Shown one piece after another: positions 9,425 through 18,968 of a stretch of 64,000 nt of DNA. Both the position numbers and the translations under genes were made by a program. Origin of the DNA: Caulobacteraceae bacterium (lineage in GTDB: Bacteria > Pseudomonadota > Alphaproteobacteria > Caulobacterales > Caulobacteraceae). Position 1 is the first letter of the stretch. Each line of letters starts with the position of its first letter. The stretch lies in NCBI GenBank assembly GCA_036501825.1, contig DASXZP010000009.1, forward strand, positions 6,923-70,922, in the 5' to 3' direction. The notes under the pieces were generated by a model. The model saw only the letters and a program-made list of their open reading frames with translations, was not told where the DNA came from and made no database searches.

Positions 9425-9571
9425 GGCATTCTCCGTAGACGAGGGCTTCTTGCCCTGGCCAAGCTTCGCCCAAGCGCATGAAAACTCGCTTAACGGAAAC
9501 CCATGGTATCCGGCCGCTTACCTTGACGCCGTTCACCTGGGGCGCGAGGCTTTGGGACCCTTAGGGAGACG

Positions 9572-10339
9572 GTGATGGCCGACGGTTCGCTCGCGACGCT
9601 CAAGGACAAGGTCAGCGAGGCGGAATGGAAGACGCGGATCGAGCTGGCCGCGCTCTACCGGCTGGTGGCCCTGCACGGCTGGGACGAGGCCATCTTCACC
9701 CACATCTCCGCCCGGGTGCCGGGCGAGGAAAACCGTTTCCTGATCAACCCCTACGGCATGTTCTTCGACGAGATCCGCGCCTCGGATCTGGTCAAGGTCG
9801 ATCTGGAGGGCGGCATCGTTCAGGAGACCCAGGCCTTCATCAATCCGGCGGGCTTCACCATCCACTCGGCCATCCACGCGGCCCGGGACGACGCTCACTG
9901 GGTCATGCATCTGCACACCACCCAGGGCACGGCCGTGGCGGCCCAGAAAGAGGGCCTGCTGGCTCTGACCCAGACCGGCATGGTGGTGCGGCCCCAGGTT
10001 TCCTACCACGACTACGAGGGCATCGCCCTGCACCTGGACGAGCGTGAACGTCTGGTCGCAGACCTTGGCGACAAGGCCCTGATGATCCTCAGAAACCATG
10101 GCACCCTCGCGGTCGGCGCGACCCCGGGCGAGTGCTGGATGGGCATGTTCTATCTGGAGCGCGCCTGCGAGGCTCAGGTGAAGGCCCTGTCCGGCGGCCG
10201 CGACGGCGTCCTGATCGCGCCCCAGGGGGCCCAGGACGAGGTGCAGGCCCAGGCGGCGGCGGTGCCGTGGGTTGCGAACCTGGCCTGGCCCGGCTGGCTG
10301 CGCCGCCTCGACCGGCTCTCGCCCGGCTACGACGCGTAA
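9572..10339 (+). CDS. Class II aldolase / adducin-family protein
   Basis: 255 aa; ELAALYRLVALHGWDEAIFTHISARVPG...; the His-rich metal site pattern (HSAIH...HLHT) is typical of this fold. AGGGAG Shine-Dalgarno sequence upstream. Confidence 0.8.
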   Translation: MMADGSLATLKDKVSEAEWKTRIELAALYRLVALHGWDEAIFTHISARVPGEENRFLINPYGMFFDEIRASDLVKVDLEGGIVQETQAFINPAGFTIHSAIHAARDDAHWVMHLHTTQGTAVAAQKEGLLALTQTGMVVRPQVSYHDYEGIALHLDERERLVADLGDKALMILRNHGTLAVGATPGECWMGMFYLERACEAQVKALSGGRDGVLIAPQGAQDEVQAQAAAVPWVANLAWPGWLRRLDRLSPGYDA

Positions 10340-10511
10340 GAGCTGACGAGATCGCGCCCCCGGCGAGGATTGCCGGAATTTAATGGGCGAACGACGCAAA
10401 TTCGGGGACGGGCGTATACGATCGGCCTGTTCACCGCCATGATTGTGTGATTGAGCACGCTCACCGGTCGCGTCGGGGCGCGGCGGGAGCCTCCAGACCC
10501 AGAGTCAGCGC

Positions 10512-11603
10512 TTGAGACGCCATTATTTCCTGATGTTCGCGGTGGCCTTTGTGCTGGGTCTGGCCGTGCTGGGCGGGGTCAAGCTGCTGGCCGGCAAGGG
10601 CGGGGGAGCCGCGGGCGCCGCGAAGGCGCCGGCGTCGAAATCCGCGGGCCGCGCACCGTTCATCGCCGTAGCCCAGGTCACCCCGCGCGAGTTCGTCGGC
10701 CGCATCGACGCGGTGGGCGTGGCCAAGGCGCGCCAGTCGGTGACCCTGACCTCGCAGACCACCGAGATCGCCACCGAGATTCTGTTTCACTCGGGCGAGC
10801 GCGTCGCCAAGGGCCAGGTCCTGGCGCAGCTGAAAACCGACGAACAGAAGGCCGACGTCATCAATGCCGAGGCGGCCCTGGCGAAGGCCAAGAGCGACAA
10901 CGATCGCTGGCAGGAGCTTTCCAAGCGCGGGTTCGCGCCGGCCGCGTCGGTCGACCAGTACAAGGCCGCCTATGAGCAGGCGAAGGCGCAGCTCAGCGCC
11001 GCCCAGTCGCGTCTGCACGACCGCGTCATCCGCGCGCCGTTCGCGGGCACCATCGGCCTGTCGGACGCTGCGCCCGGCATGCTGATCACCCCCGGCACGC
11101 CGCTGGCCACCCTCGACGATCTGTCCTCGGTGCTGGTGGATTTCGACGTGCCTGAGCGGTTCATGGGGTCGGTGCACGAAGGCTCGCCGATCAGCGCCGG
11201 CTCCGATGCGCTCGGCGGACGCATTATCACCGGCCGCATCGCGCGCATCGATACGCGGGTGAAGCCGGACACCCGCTCGGTCACCGCCCGCGCCGAATTC
11301 GCCAACCCGAACGCGGCGATCAAGCCCGGCATGCTGTTGAAGGTCACCGTGCAACAGGGCGCGCGCACCGCGCTGGCGCTGCCCGAAGCCGCGGTCCAGT
11401 TCGAGACCGACACGCCCTTCGTCTTCACCCTGGCCCAGGAGAACGGCAAGACCGTCGCCAAGCTGAAGAACGTCGTCATCGGCGCGCGCCAGGACGGTTA
11501 CATCGAGATCGTCGGCGGCCTCAGCGCCGGCGACCGCGTGGTCGGCGACGGCCTCAACCGCATCCAGCCCAACCAGGCGGTGAAGGTGCTCGCCGCGCCA
11601 TGA
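10512..11603 (+). CDS. RND efflux periplasmic adaptor (membrane-fusion protein)
   Basis: N-terminal TM anchor; a coiled-coil hairpin region (EAALAKAKSDNDRWQELSKRG...YEQAKAQLSAAQSRL); RAPFAGTIG motif. Its stop overlaps the downstream pump start (ATGA). Confidence 0.85.
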   Translation: MRRHYFLMFAVAFVLGLAVLGGVKLLAGKGGGAAGAAKAPASKSAGRAPFIAVAQVTPREFVGRIDAVGVAKARQSVTLTSQTTEIATEILFHSGERVAKGQVLAQLKTDEQKADVINAEAALAKAKSDNDRWQELSKRGFAPAASVDQYKAAYEQAKAQLSAAQSRLHDRVIRAPFAGTIGLSDAAPGMLITPGTPLATLDDLSSVLVDFDVPERFMGSVHEGSPISAGSDALGGRIITGRIARIDTRVKPDTRSVTARAEFANPNAAIKPGMLLKVTVQQGARTALALPEAAVQFETDTPFVFTLAQENGKTVAKLKNVVIGARQDGYIEIVGGLSAGDRVVGDGLNRIQPNQAVKVLAAP

Positions 11604-14600
11604 CGCTCTCCGACTTTTCGGTAAGACGCCCGGTCGCCGCCGCCGTGGCGGCCATCGTGCTGTGCGTCATCGGCATGACCGCGTTTTTCACCCTGCCGGT
11701 GCGCGAGTTGCCCTCGATCGATCCGCCGGTGGTCTCCATCGAGACCGACTACACCGGCGCCTCCGCCGAGGTGATGGAGCAGCGCGTCACCCAGGTGATC
11801 GAGCAGCAGATCGCCGGCATCCAGGGCATCGACTTCCTCAACTCATCGAGCCGCGACGGCGTTTCGCGGATCAACATCACCTTCACCCTGGACCGCAACA
11901 TCGACGAGGCCGCCAACGACGTGCGCGACGCGGTGAGCCACGTGGCCGGCCAGTTGCCCATTGACGCCAAGCCGCCGCAGATCTCGAAAGCCAGCGCCAA
12001 CGCCCAGTCGATCCTGTTCCTCGGCTTCACCTCGACCAAGCTCAGCCAGCTTCAGCTCGCCGACTACGCCAACCAGTATCTGGTGGCGCGCCTGTCGACG
12101 ATCCCGGGGGTGGGGCAGGTGCGCCTCGGCGGCGCCGGCCTCTATTCCATGCGCATCTGGCTCGACTCCGACGCCATGTCCGCGCGCGGCGTCACGGTCG
12201 ACGATGTGCAGAACGCGCTCAACGCCCAGAACGTGGAACTGCCCGCCGGCGCGCTGGAGTCCCAGTCCAAGGACTACACGATCCGGGTGAACCGCCAGTA
12301 CAACACCCCGGCCGAGTTTGCGGCCCTGCCGGTCGTCGCCTCGCGCGGCGCGACCAGCGGAACCACGGCCTCGAGCTTCGCGGCGGCGTCGCCGACCTCC
12401 TCGTCGGCGGTGAGCGCGACCTCCCGCGGCGCCAACTCGCAGATGCCCACCGTCGGCGCCCAGATTCCCAATGCCCAGTCCGGCTCCAACTACATCGTGC
12501 GCCTGGGCGACATCGCGCACATCGAGGAAGGACCCGACGACCGGCGCAACTATTTCGAGGTAAGCGGCCACCCCGAGGTCAGCCTGTCGGTGACCGGCCA
12601 GGCTCAGGCCAATAACCTGCAGATCTCCAACGACACGCGAAAGATGATCCGCGAGATCAACGGGTCGCTGCCGGCGGGCACTTCGCTGAAGATCATCGTC
12701 GACTATTCCCAGTTCACCTCCGAGGCCATCAAGGAGGTCTGGATCACCATGGGCATCGCGCTCGCCCTGGTGGCCCTGGTCAACTTCCTGTTCCTGGGCA
12801 GCTGGCGTGCGGCGATCATCCCCGCGGTGGTGGCGCCGATCTGCATCGTGGCGACGTTCACGGTGCTGGCGGTGTTCGGCTTCTCGATCAATCTTTTGAG
12901 CCTGCTGGCCCTGGTGCTGGCCATCGGCCTGGTGGTCGATGACGCAATCGTGGTGGTGGAGAACGTCCAGCGGCACGTGGACGAGGGCGAGCCGCCCGCC
13001 GTGGCCGCCATGCGCGGCGCCAAGCAGGTGTTCTTCGCGGTGGTGGCGACCACCATCGTGCTGATCTCGGTGTTCGCGCCCTTGATGGTGTTGCCGGGCT
13101 ATATCGGGCGCCTGTTCGTCGAGCTGGCGGTGACGGTGGCGGCGGCGGTGTTCTTCTCGGCGCTGCTGGCGCTCAGCCTGTCGCCCATGCTCGGCTCCAA
13201 GCTGTTGAGGCCCGCGAGCAACGCGGGGGTGTTCCAGCGCACCGTCGACAATCTGATGGAGTCGGTGAAGCGGTCCTACGCCGCGTCGCTGCAGATGATG
13301 CTCGGCAACGGCTTCGTCACCATGCTGACCATGGTCGTGGTGGTCGGGCTGGCGGCGGCGGCGGGCGGCCTGTTCCTGGTCCTGCCGAAGGAGCTGGTCC
13401 CCAATGAAGACCGCGGGCGTGTCGACCTGAACATCCAGGGCCCCGAAGGCGCGGGTTACGACTACACCTTGCGCGCGGTGCACCAGGCCGAGCCCTATTT
13501 CGAAGGCTTGCGGCAGAAGGGCGTGCTCACCGACTATCTGTTTGCGGTGCCGTCGTTCGGCAACGGCCAGTACAACACCGGCTTCGGCACCACGGTGATG
13601 AGCGACTGGCGCAAGCGGACCCTGACCGCCGACGACCTCGCCGCGCAGATCAACAAGACGCTGTCCTCGATCACCTCGACCCAGTTCATCGCTGCGGTGC
13701 GCGGGCCTTTCTCACGCGGCGGCATGAGCGGCTCCAACGTCGACTTCGTCGTCACCGGCGACGACTACGAAGCGATCAACAAATGGATTCAGCCGGTGCT
13801 GAAGGCCGCGCGCGCCAACCCCGGCCTCGCACGCCCGCGCATCGACTATGAACCGACCTCGCCGCGCCTGCTGGTCGATATCGACCACGACAAGGCCGCC
13901 CAGCTCGGCGTCTCCGCCCAGGAGATCGGTTCGGCGCTGCAGGTCATGTTCGGCTCCAAACAGGTGACCACCTACGTCAAGAACGGCCAGGAGTATTACG
14001 TCACCCTGCAGACCGACCTCGACAAACGCCGCACGGTCGAGGACCTCGACAAGCTGAACGTGCGCACCGCCTCCGGCGCGCTGGTGCCCCTGTCCAATGT
14101 GGTGAAAACCGAGGTGCGCGGCGACACGCCCGACCGCGAGCGCCTGGACCGCATCCGCGCCATCACGCTGACGCAACAACTGAACCCCGGCTACACCGTC
14201 GAGCAAGCCATGACCTTCTACCGCAAGCAGGCGCAGAGCCTGCCGTCGGGGATGCAGATCAAGTGGGGCGGTCAGGCCAAGGACTATCTCGAGGCTTCGA
14301 ACGCGGTGGGCCTGGCCTTCGGCGGCGCCCTGCTGTTGGTATTCCTGGCGCTGGCCTTCCAGTTCGAGAGCTGGATTCACCCGGCGATCATCATGCTGAC
14401 GGTGCCCCTGGCGGCGCTCGGCGGCCTGTTCGGCCTGCTCATCGCGGGATCGTCGATCAACACCTACAGCGAGATCGGCCTGATCATCCTGATCGGCATC
14501 GCCGCCAAGAACGGGATTTTGATCGTCGAGTTCGCTAACCAGCTCCGCGACGAGGGCCGCTCGGTACACGACGCGGTGATCGAGGCGGCGGCGCTTCGCC

Positions 14601-14878
14601 TGCGCCCGATCGTGATGACCTCGATCTCCGCCGCCTGCGGGTCGCTGCCGCTGATCCTGGCGGCGGGTCCGGGCGCGGGCAGCCGCGAGACCATCGGGGT
14701 GACGGTCTTTACCGGCGCGATCTTCTCGACCTTGCTGACCCTGTTCGTGGTGCCGGTGTTCTACAATCTGCTCGCGCGCTTCACCAAGTCGCCGGAATGG
14801 ACCGCGAAACAGATCGAAGCCTACGAGGAAGAAGAGCGCGCCCGCGGCGCCGGCGCCGAACCCAGGCCCGCCGAATAA
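11600..14878 (+). CDS. RND efflux transporter permease (AcrB/HAE1-like), 1092 aa
   Basis: MTLSDFSVRRPVAA... start; 12-TM architecture; conserved GLVVDDAIVVVEN and AAKNGILIVEFAN motifs. Confidence 0.9.
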   Translation: MTLSDFSVRRPVAAAVAAIVLCVIGMTAFFTLPVRELPSIDPPVVSIETDYTGASAEVMEQRVTQVIEQQIAGIQGIDFLNSSSRDGVSRINITFTLDRNIDEAANDVRDAVSHVAGQLPIDAKPPQISKASANAQSILFLGFTSTKLSQLQLADYANQYLVARLSTIPGVGQVRLGGAGLYSMRIWLDSDAMSARGVTVDDVQNALNAQNVELPAGALESQSKDYTIRVNRQYNTPAEFAALPVVASRGATSGTTASSFAAASPTSSSAVSATSRGANSQMPTVGAQIPNAQSGSNYIVRLGDIAHIEEGPDDRRNYFEVSGHPEVSLSVTGQAQANNLQISNDTRKMIREINGSLPAGTSLKIIVDYSQFTSEAIKEVWITMGIALALVALVNFLFLGSWRAAIIPAVVAPICIVATFTVLAVFGFSINLLSLLALVLAIGLVVDDAIVVVENVQRHVDEGEPPAVAAMRGAKQVFFAVVATTIVLISVFAPLMVLPGYIGRLFVELAVTVAAAVFFSALLALSLSPMLGSKLLRPASNAGVFQRTVDNLMESVKRSYAASLQMMLGNGFVTMLTMVVVVGLAAAAGGLFLVLPKELVPNEDRGRVDLNIQGPEGAGYDYTLRAVHQAEPYFEGLRQKGVLTDYLFAVPSFGNGQYNTGFGTTVMSDWRKRTLTADDLAAQINKTLSSITSTQFIAAVRGPFSRGGMSGSNVDFVVTGDDYEAINKWIQPVLKAARANPGLARPRIDYEPTSPRLLVDIDHDKAAQLGVSAQEIGSALQVMFGSKQVTTYVKNGQEYYVTLQTDLDKRRTVEDLDKLNVRTASGALVPLSNVVKTEVRGDTPDRERLDRIRAITLTQQLNPGYTVEQAMTFYRKQAQSLPSGMQIKWGGQAKDYLEASNAVGLAFGGALLLVFLALAFQFESWIHPAIIMLTVPLAALGGLFGLLIAGSSINTYSEIGLIILIGIAAKNGILIVEFANQLRDEGRSVHDAVIEAAALRLRPIVMTSISAACGSLPLILAAGPGAGSRETIGVTVFTGAIFSTLLTLFVVPVFYNLLARFTKSPEWTAKQIEAYEEEERARGAGAEPRPAE

Positions 14879-15000
14879 TCCGCATCACGACGATATGATC
14901 GACGCGCGAGGCCTCGAGGGCCTTGGCGAATCCGCGCGCTCTGCTATCGGCGGAATCCGGCGTCCACTCGCATCGAAAGCCCGCCCGCTTGACCAGCCGC

Positions 15001-16128
15001 ATGCCCGGCCTCGACCTCCTGCGCGCGATCGCGATCCTGTGGGTGATGCTGACTCACAGCTATCTGACCGGCCTGTTTCCCGACGGCAATCTCGCGGCGG
15101 ATTCCGGCTGGATGGGTGTGGACCTGTTCTTTGCCCTGTCCGGGTTTCTGATCGGCGGCCAGCTGTTTCGCCCCTATGCGCGCGGCGAGCCGGAGCACAT
15201 CGGCCTGTTCTATTTCCGCCGGCTGTTTCGCACCTTGCCGCCCTATCTGGTCGTGGTCGCGCTCTATTTCACCATGCCGTTCTTCCGCGAGCGCGCGACC
15301 ATCGCGCCGCTGTGGCAGTACCTGAGCTTCACCGAGAACCTGTTCGTCCAGTTTCCGCGCGGCGGCTTCGCCTTCTCCCACGCCTGGTCCCTGTGCGTGG
15401 AGGAGCAGTTCTATCTGTTCATGCCGCTCTTGGTGTGGGTGTTGATGCGCCGCCCCGCGTTGTGGAAGGCGGTGACGGTCTTCGCCCTGGTGCTCGGCGG
15501 GGGCATGCTGCTGCGTGCTCTGTTGTGGGAACAATACGTGGCGCCGGTCTGGGCGGGCGGCGACGGGCCGCAGTCGTGGACCCATTTCATGGAGCGCCTC
15601 TACTACCCGACCTGGTGCCGGCTCGACGGCCTGACCGGCGGCGTCATCGTCGCCGCCGTGCGCGCGTTCAAGCCGCGACTGTGGGAGGCGCTCGGCCGGC
15701 GCGCCAACCTGTTCCTCGTCGCGGGCTTGGCGGCGGTGGGGTTCTCGATCTGGTTTTTCCACGATCAGCACGCCTTCTGGCCCGACGTCGTCGGCTATCC
15801 GGTCCTGTCGTTCGGGATGGCGTCGCTGGTTCTGGCGGGCGCGCATGCGACCAGCCTGATCGGGCGTTGGCGCGTGCCCGGCGCCGGCGCCATCGCCGCC
15901 ATGGCCTACAGCCTCTACCTCACGCACAAGGCGACCTATCACATGGTGCATGCGGCGTGGGGCGATGCGCTGGCGACCAACCAAACGCTGGCGATCGCGG
16001 TCTACGCGGGCGCCGCCTTCGCCGTCGGCGGCCTGCTCTATGTCACCTTCGAGCGTCCCGCCCTGATCGTACGCGACCGCATCCTCAAGCGCCGCCTCGC
16101 TGCAGCGCCTGCAGCTGCCGTCGCGTAA
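15001..16128 (+). CDS. Acyltransferase family 3 membrane protein
   Basis: MPGLDLLRAIAILWVMLTHS start is typical of the family; about 10 TM helices. The ORF track begins at 14923 but the ATG at 15001 fits the family N-terminus. Confidence 0.75.
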   Translation: MPGLDLLRAIAILWVMLTHSYLTGLFPDGNLAADSGWMGVDLFFALSGFLIGGQLFRPYARGEPEHIGLFYFRRLFRTLPPYLVVVALYFTMPFFRERATIAPLWQYLSFTENLFVQFPRGGFAFSHAWSLCVEEQFYLFMPLLVWVLMRRPALWKAVTVFALVLGGGMLLRALLWEQYVAPVWAGGDGPQSWTHFMERLYYPTWCRLDGLTGGVIVAAVRAFKPRLWEALGRRANLFLVAGLAAVGFSIWFFHDQHAFWPDVVGYPVLSFGMASLVLAGAHATSLIGRWRVPGAGAIAAMAYSLYLTHKATYHMVHAAWGDALATNQTLAIAVYAGAAFAVGGLLYVTFERPALIVRDRILKRRLAAAPAAAVA

Positions 16129-16134
16129 CCGGCG

Positions 16135-16689
16135 CTATTTCTTGGCGGAGGGCGCCTTGGCGTCGGCCGGTGCGGCTTCGACCTTGGGCTTCGCTTCGGT
16201 CGCCGTCTTCAGATAGGCGATGACGTCGATCCGCTCCTGGGGCTGGTCCAGGCCGATGAAGGTCATCTTGGTGCCGGGCACGGTGGTCGACGGCGACGAC
16301 AGCCATTTGTCGAGATGCGGCGCGTCCCAGGCATACCCCTGGGCTTTCATGGCGTCGGAATAACCGTAGTCCGGCCTCGAACCGGCCTTGCGTCCGAACA
16401 CGCCCCACAGGTTCGGCCCGGTCATGTTGGGACCGCCCTGTTCGACCGTGTGGCAGGCGCGGCAGCGGGCGAAGATGCGCTTGCCGTTCACCGGATCGCC
16501 GGTGTTGAACGGCGTCGGCAGGGTGGCGACCATCGCCTTGGAGGCAGGATCGATGGGTTCGGCTTCCTCGGCCGGCGCGCTCGCGCTCTGATCGGCGGTG
16601 GAGGCGGCGCTTGAATCCTTTTTGGGACCGCAGGCCGAAAGCGTCGCGGCGAGGCCGACCGCGGCGAGAACGATAAGGCGCGACGTCAT
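16135..16689 (-). CDS. Lipoprotein-type monohaem cytochrome c
   Basis: Start moved to the ATG at 16689 (MTSRLIVLAAVGLAATLSAC, lipobox); haem site CRACH; GPNLWGVFGRKAG and KMTF motifs; Ala/Lys/Pro-rich tail. The 332-aa upstream extension in the track looks non-coding. Confidence 0.8.
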   Translation of the reverse strand: MTSRLIVLAAVGLAATLSACGPKKDSSAASTADQSASAPAEEAEPIDPASKAMVATLPTPFNTGDPVNGKRIFARCRACHTVEQGGPNMTGPNLWGVFGRKAGSRPDYGYSDAMKAQGYAWDAPHLDKWLSSPSTTVPGTKMTFIGLDQPQERIDVIAYLKTATEAKPKVEAAPADAKAPSAKK

Positions 16690-16748
16690 GAGTCCCTCCA
16701 GCCGCGCGAAAGCTAGCGCGCAGCGGAGCGAAGGCAAGGGCCTATGGA

Positions 16749-16985
16749 TCAGCCGGTGGTGACGGTATCGCCGGACGGCGCGGCCAGCGGCACGGCTTCG
16801 ACCGCGCCGGCGGCTTCCGGCGAGCCGCTGATGGCGGGACGCAGGCGGATGGCGCTGGGCTTGGCCGCTTCTTCGCCCGGCGAGAACACCTGTGAGCCTA
16901 AGACGATCACAGCGTAAAGCGCGACGAGTCCCGCGGCGGTGCGCAGTTCGCGACGGCTGAAAATGGCGTTGTCGGTCTTCATCAC
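16749..16985 (-). CDS. Small single-pass membrane protein (78 aa), hypothetical
   Basis: One TM helix (AAGLVALYAVIVLGSQVF), high GC3, and 59 nt upstream of the cytochrome c gene on the same strand. Confidence 0.35.
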   Translation of the reverse strand: MMKTDNAIFSRRELRTAAGLVALYAVIVLGSQVFSPGEEAAKPSAIRLRPAISGSPEAAGAVEAVPLAAPSGDTVTTG

Positions 16986-17282
16986 AGTCCTGTCCGCACG
17001 GTCCTATGCTCGAGGAGCGCCTGGGCCGGGTTTGAAACCCGTGATGCCGGGAGAGGCGCGAACCAAACGCACCGATACAGGGCTCAGAGGGCCGACGCGC
17101 GGGGGAGGGAACGCGTCCGTCGTCGAGACTCACTGGCCTAAGGGGAACCCTAGGGGATAGTTCCGGGGGCAGCCAGCGCGATATCGTTGCATTTGGTTCG
17201 CAGGTCCTGAACGCGACATAAAAGGCGCGGTTCCAGCTTTGCTAGAGAAGGGGGCCGTCGCTACCATCGGACGAAACGGGCG

Positions 17283-17912
17283 GTGCAACAGCTTATGAGC
17301 ACAAGAGTTCTTCTGATCCGGCACGGCGACGTCGAAGGCCTCAAGCCCGCGCGCTTCCGCGGCCGGCGCGACATTCCCCTCAGCGCCCTGGGCGAACGCC
17401 ACGTGGCGGCCTGCGCGGCGCGGATCGCGCGCGACTGGCGGATCACCGCGCTCTATGCGTCCCCGCTCCAGCGTTGCCTTAAGACCGCCGCGTTCATTTC
17501 CCAGGCGACGCAGGTGGAGGTTCAGCCGCTCGAGGGCCTGCTCGACCTGGACTACGGCGACTGGACCTGGCGCACCCACGACGAGATCGAGCGCGAACAG
17601 CCGGACGCCTGGCGCCTCTGGCATGAGACGCCGGACGAGATGCGCTTTCCTGGCGGCGAGAGTCTGGCGGACATGGCGGAGCGTGCGACAGGCGCGTTGC
17701 GCACTGTGGCGGACGCGGCGCCGGATGGCTGCATCGCGTTCGTCACCCACGATGCGGTCGTGCGCGCGCTGGTTATTCAGTCGCTGGGAATTTCGCTGCG
17801 GCTCTATCACCGCCTGACCGTGGCGCCGGCCAGCATCAGCGAACTCGACCTCGCGCGGGGCGGCCCCGGCCTGGTGCGCCTGAGCGACACCGGCCACATC
17901 GACGATCACTAG
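17283..17912 (+). CDS. Histidine phosphatase (phosphoglycerate mutase-like) family protein
   Basis: VLLIRHGDVEG (RHG catalytic motif) and a later FVTHDAVV. An alternative start is the ATG at 17295. Confidence 0.8.
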   Translation: MQQLMSTRVLLIRHGDVEGLKPARFRGRRDIPLSALGERHVAACAARIARDWRITALYASPLQRCLKTAAFISQATQVEVQPLEGLLDLDYGDWTWRTHDEIEREQPDAWRLWHETPDEMRFPGGESLADMAERATGALRTVADAAPDGCIAFVTHDAVVRALVIQSLGISLRLYHRLTVAPASISELDLARGGPGLVRLSDTGHIDDH

Positions 17913-17932
17913 AAAAGACGCCACTGAAAAAG

Positions 17933-17960
17933 CGAAAGCCGGTCCTGAGACCGGCTTTCG
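17933..17960. terminator. Perfect 12-bp hairpin between convergent genes (second terminator after flagellin, or bidirectional)
   Basis: CGAAAGCCGGTC-CTGA-GACCGGCTTTCG. On the minus strand it is followed by CTTTTTC. Confidence 0.55.
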
Positions 17961-17981
17961 AAACGCACAAACTCGAAACGC

Positions 17982-18020
17982 AAAAAAGCGTGGGGGGAGG
18001 CCGGCCTTCTGCCCGCCTCC
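17982..18020 (-). terminator. Hairpin plus T6 downstream of flagellin
   Basis: Stem 17996-18004 pairs with 18012-18020 (9 bp, one mismatch). A T6 run lies on the minus strand (plus-strand A-run 17982-17987), 8 nt after the stem. Confidence 0.4.
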
Positions 18021-18040
18021 GCTGTCGCACGCTACTACTA

Positions 18041-18883
18041 CTACTGAATGTTACGGAACAGGCTGAGCAGGGTGGTCGACGACGAGTTCGCGATCGACAG
18101 CGACTGGACGCCGAGCTGTTGCTTGGTCTGCAGGGCCTGCAACTGAGCGCTGGCCTGGGCGAGGTCGGCGTCGACCAGGTTGCCGATGCCGGTGTTAAGC
18201 GTGTCCTGCAGCTTGCCGGTGAAGGTGAGCTGGGTCTGCAGGGCGTTGGCGCCGGTGCCGAGGTTGGCGAGCGCGGCCGACACCTGGTTGATGTCGGTGT
18301 CGAGCGTCGCCGCCATGCTGGTGGCCAGGGTCACGGTGCCGATGGTCGTCGTTGCGGTCAGGCCGGTGAGGTTGGCGCCGCCCAGCGACAGGTCTTCGGC
18401 CAGCACGGTGATCGTCGAGGTGCCGGAGGCGTTGGCCAGGGCGTTGTAGTTCTTGGCGCCCGACGCGATCAGGTTGGTGCCGTTGAAGTCGGCGTTGGTG
18501 ACCACCTGGGTGATCTGGTTGCGCAAGGATTGGAAGTCGCTGTTCAACGCCGCGCGGCTGGTGGTGTCGAGCGAGGTGTCGGCGGCGGAGAGCGCCTTCT
18601 GCTTCATCTGCAGCAGCAGGTCGGAGATGGTCTGGCCGGCGGTCATGGCCACGTCGGTGGCCGAGAGGCCGCGGTTCAGGGACTGGTTGACCGAGTCCAG
18701 GGACATGACCTGGGCCCGTTGCGATTGGGCGATGGCCCACGTCGCGCCGTCGTCCTGCGGGCTCCCGACCTTCAGACCGGTCGAGATCTCGTTCTGGACT
18801 TGATTGATGGAGTTGTTGGTGGCGTTGAGGTTCTGCAGCGCGATCATCGCGCCGGTGTTCGTGTTGACGCTGTTCAGCGACAT
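18041..18883 (-). CDS. Flagellin (short alphaproteobacterial type, 280 aa)
   Basis: MSLNSVNTNTGAMIALQNLNATNNSINQVQNEISTGLKV... conserved N-terminus and C-terminus ...QQLGVQSLSIANSSSTTLLSLFRNIQ. Confidence 0.9.
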   Translation of the reverse strand: MSLNSVNTNTGAMIALQNLNATNNSINQVQNEISTGLKVGSPQDDGATWAIAQSQRAQVMSLDSVNQSLNRGLSATDVAMTAGQTISDLLLQMKQKALSAADTSLDTTSRAALNSDFQSLRNQITQVVTNADFNGTNLIASGAKNYNALANASGTSTITVLAEDLSLGGANLTGLTATTTIGTVTLATSMAATLDTDINQVSAALANLGTGANALQTQLTFTGKLQDTLNTGIGNLVDADLAQASAQLQALQTKQQLGVQSLSIANSSSTTLLSLFRNIQ

Positions 18884-18952
18884 GCCCGTTTTCCTGTTCA
18901 GGATGTCCGGCGCCGTTTTGGCGGCCGGGGGCGTTTTGCCCGCCTCTCAATC

Positions 18953-18968
18953 AGCAAGCGGCTTGCCA
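18953..18968 (-). promoter_or_regulatory. Sigma-54 (-24/-12) promoter for flagellin
   Basis: The minus strand reads TGGCAAGCCGCTTGCT, i.e. TGGCA-N6-TTGC with the canonical GG/GC spacing. It lies about 70 nt upstream of the ATG at 18883. Confidence 0.6.

Noticed and set aside
7445-9481. Very long ORFs antisense to confidently assigned genes. Examples: 7445..9481 (678 aa), 11843..13483 (546 aa), 38617..40359 (580 aa), 41495..43708 (737 aa), 46555..48216 (553 aa) and 56264..57922 (552 aa).
   Set aside because: They are rich in Arg/Gly/Ala/Pro and carry no recognisable motifs. They lie opposite genes with clear family signatures and the expected GC3 bias. This is the usual stop-codon-poor artefact of high-GC DNA.
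16690-17133. The 148-codon N-terminal extension of the cytochrome c ORF in the track (332 aa in total).
   Set aside because: The extension is Arg/Pro-rich and overlaps the better-supported small ORF 16749..16985 in another frame. A lipoprotein signal peptide starts exactly at the internal ATG at 16689.
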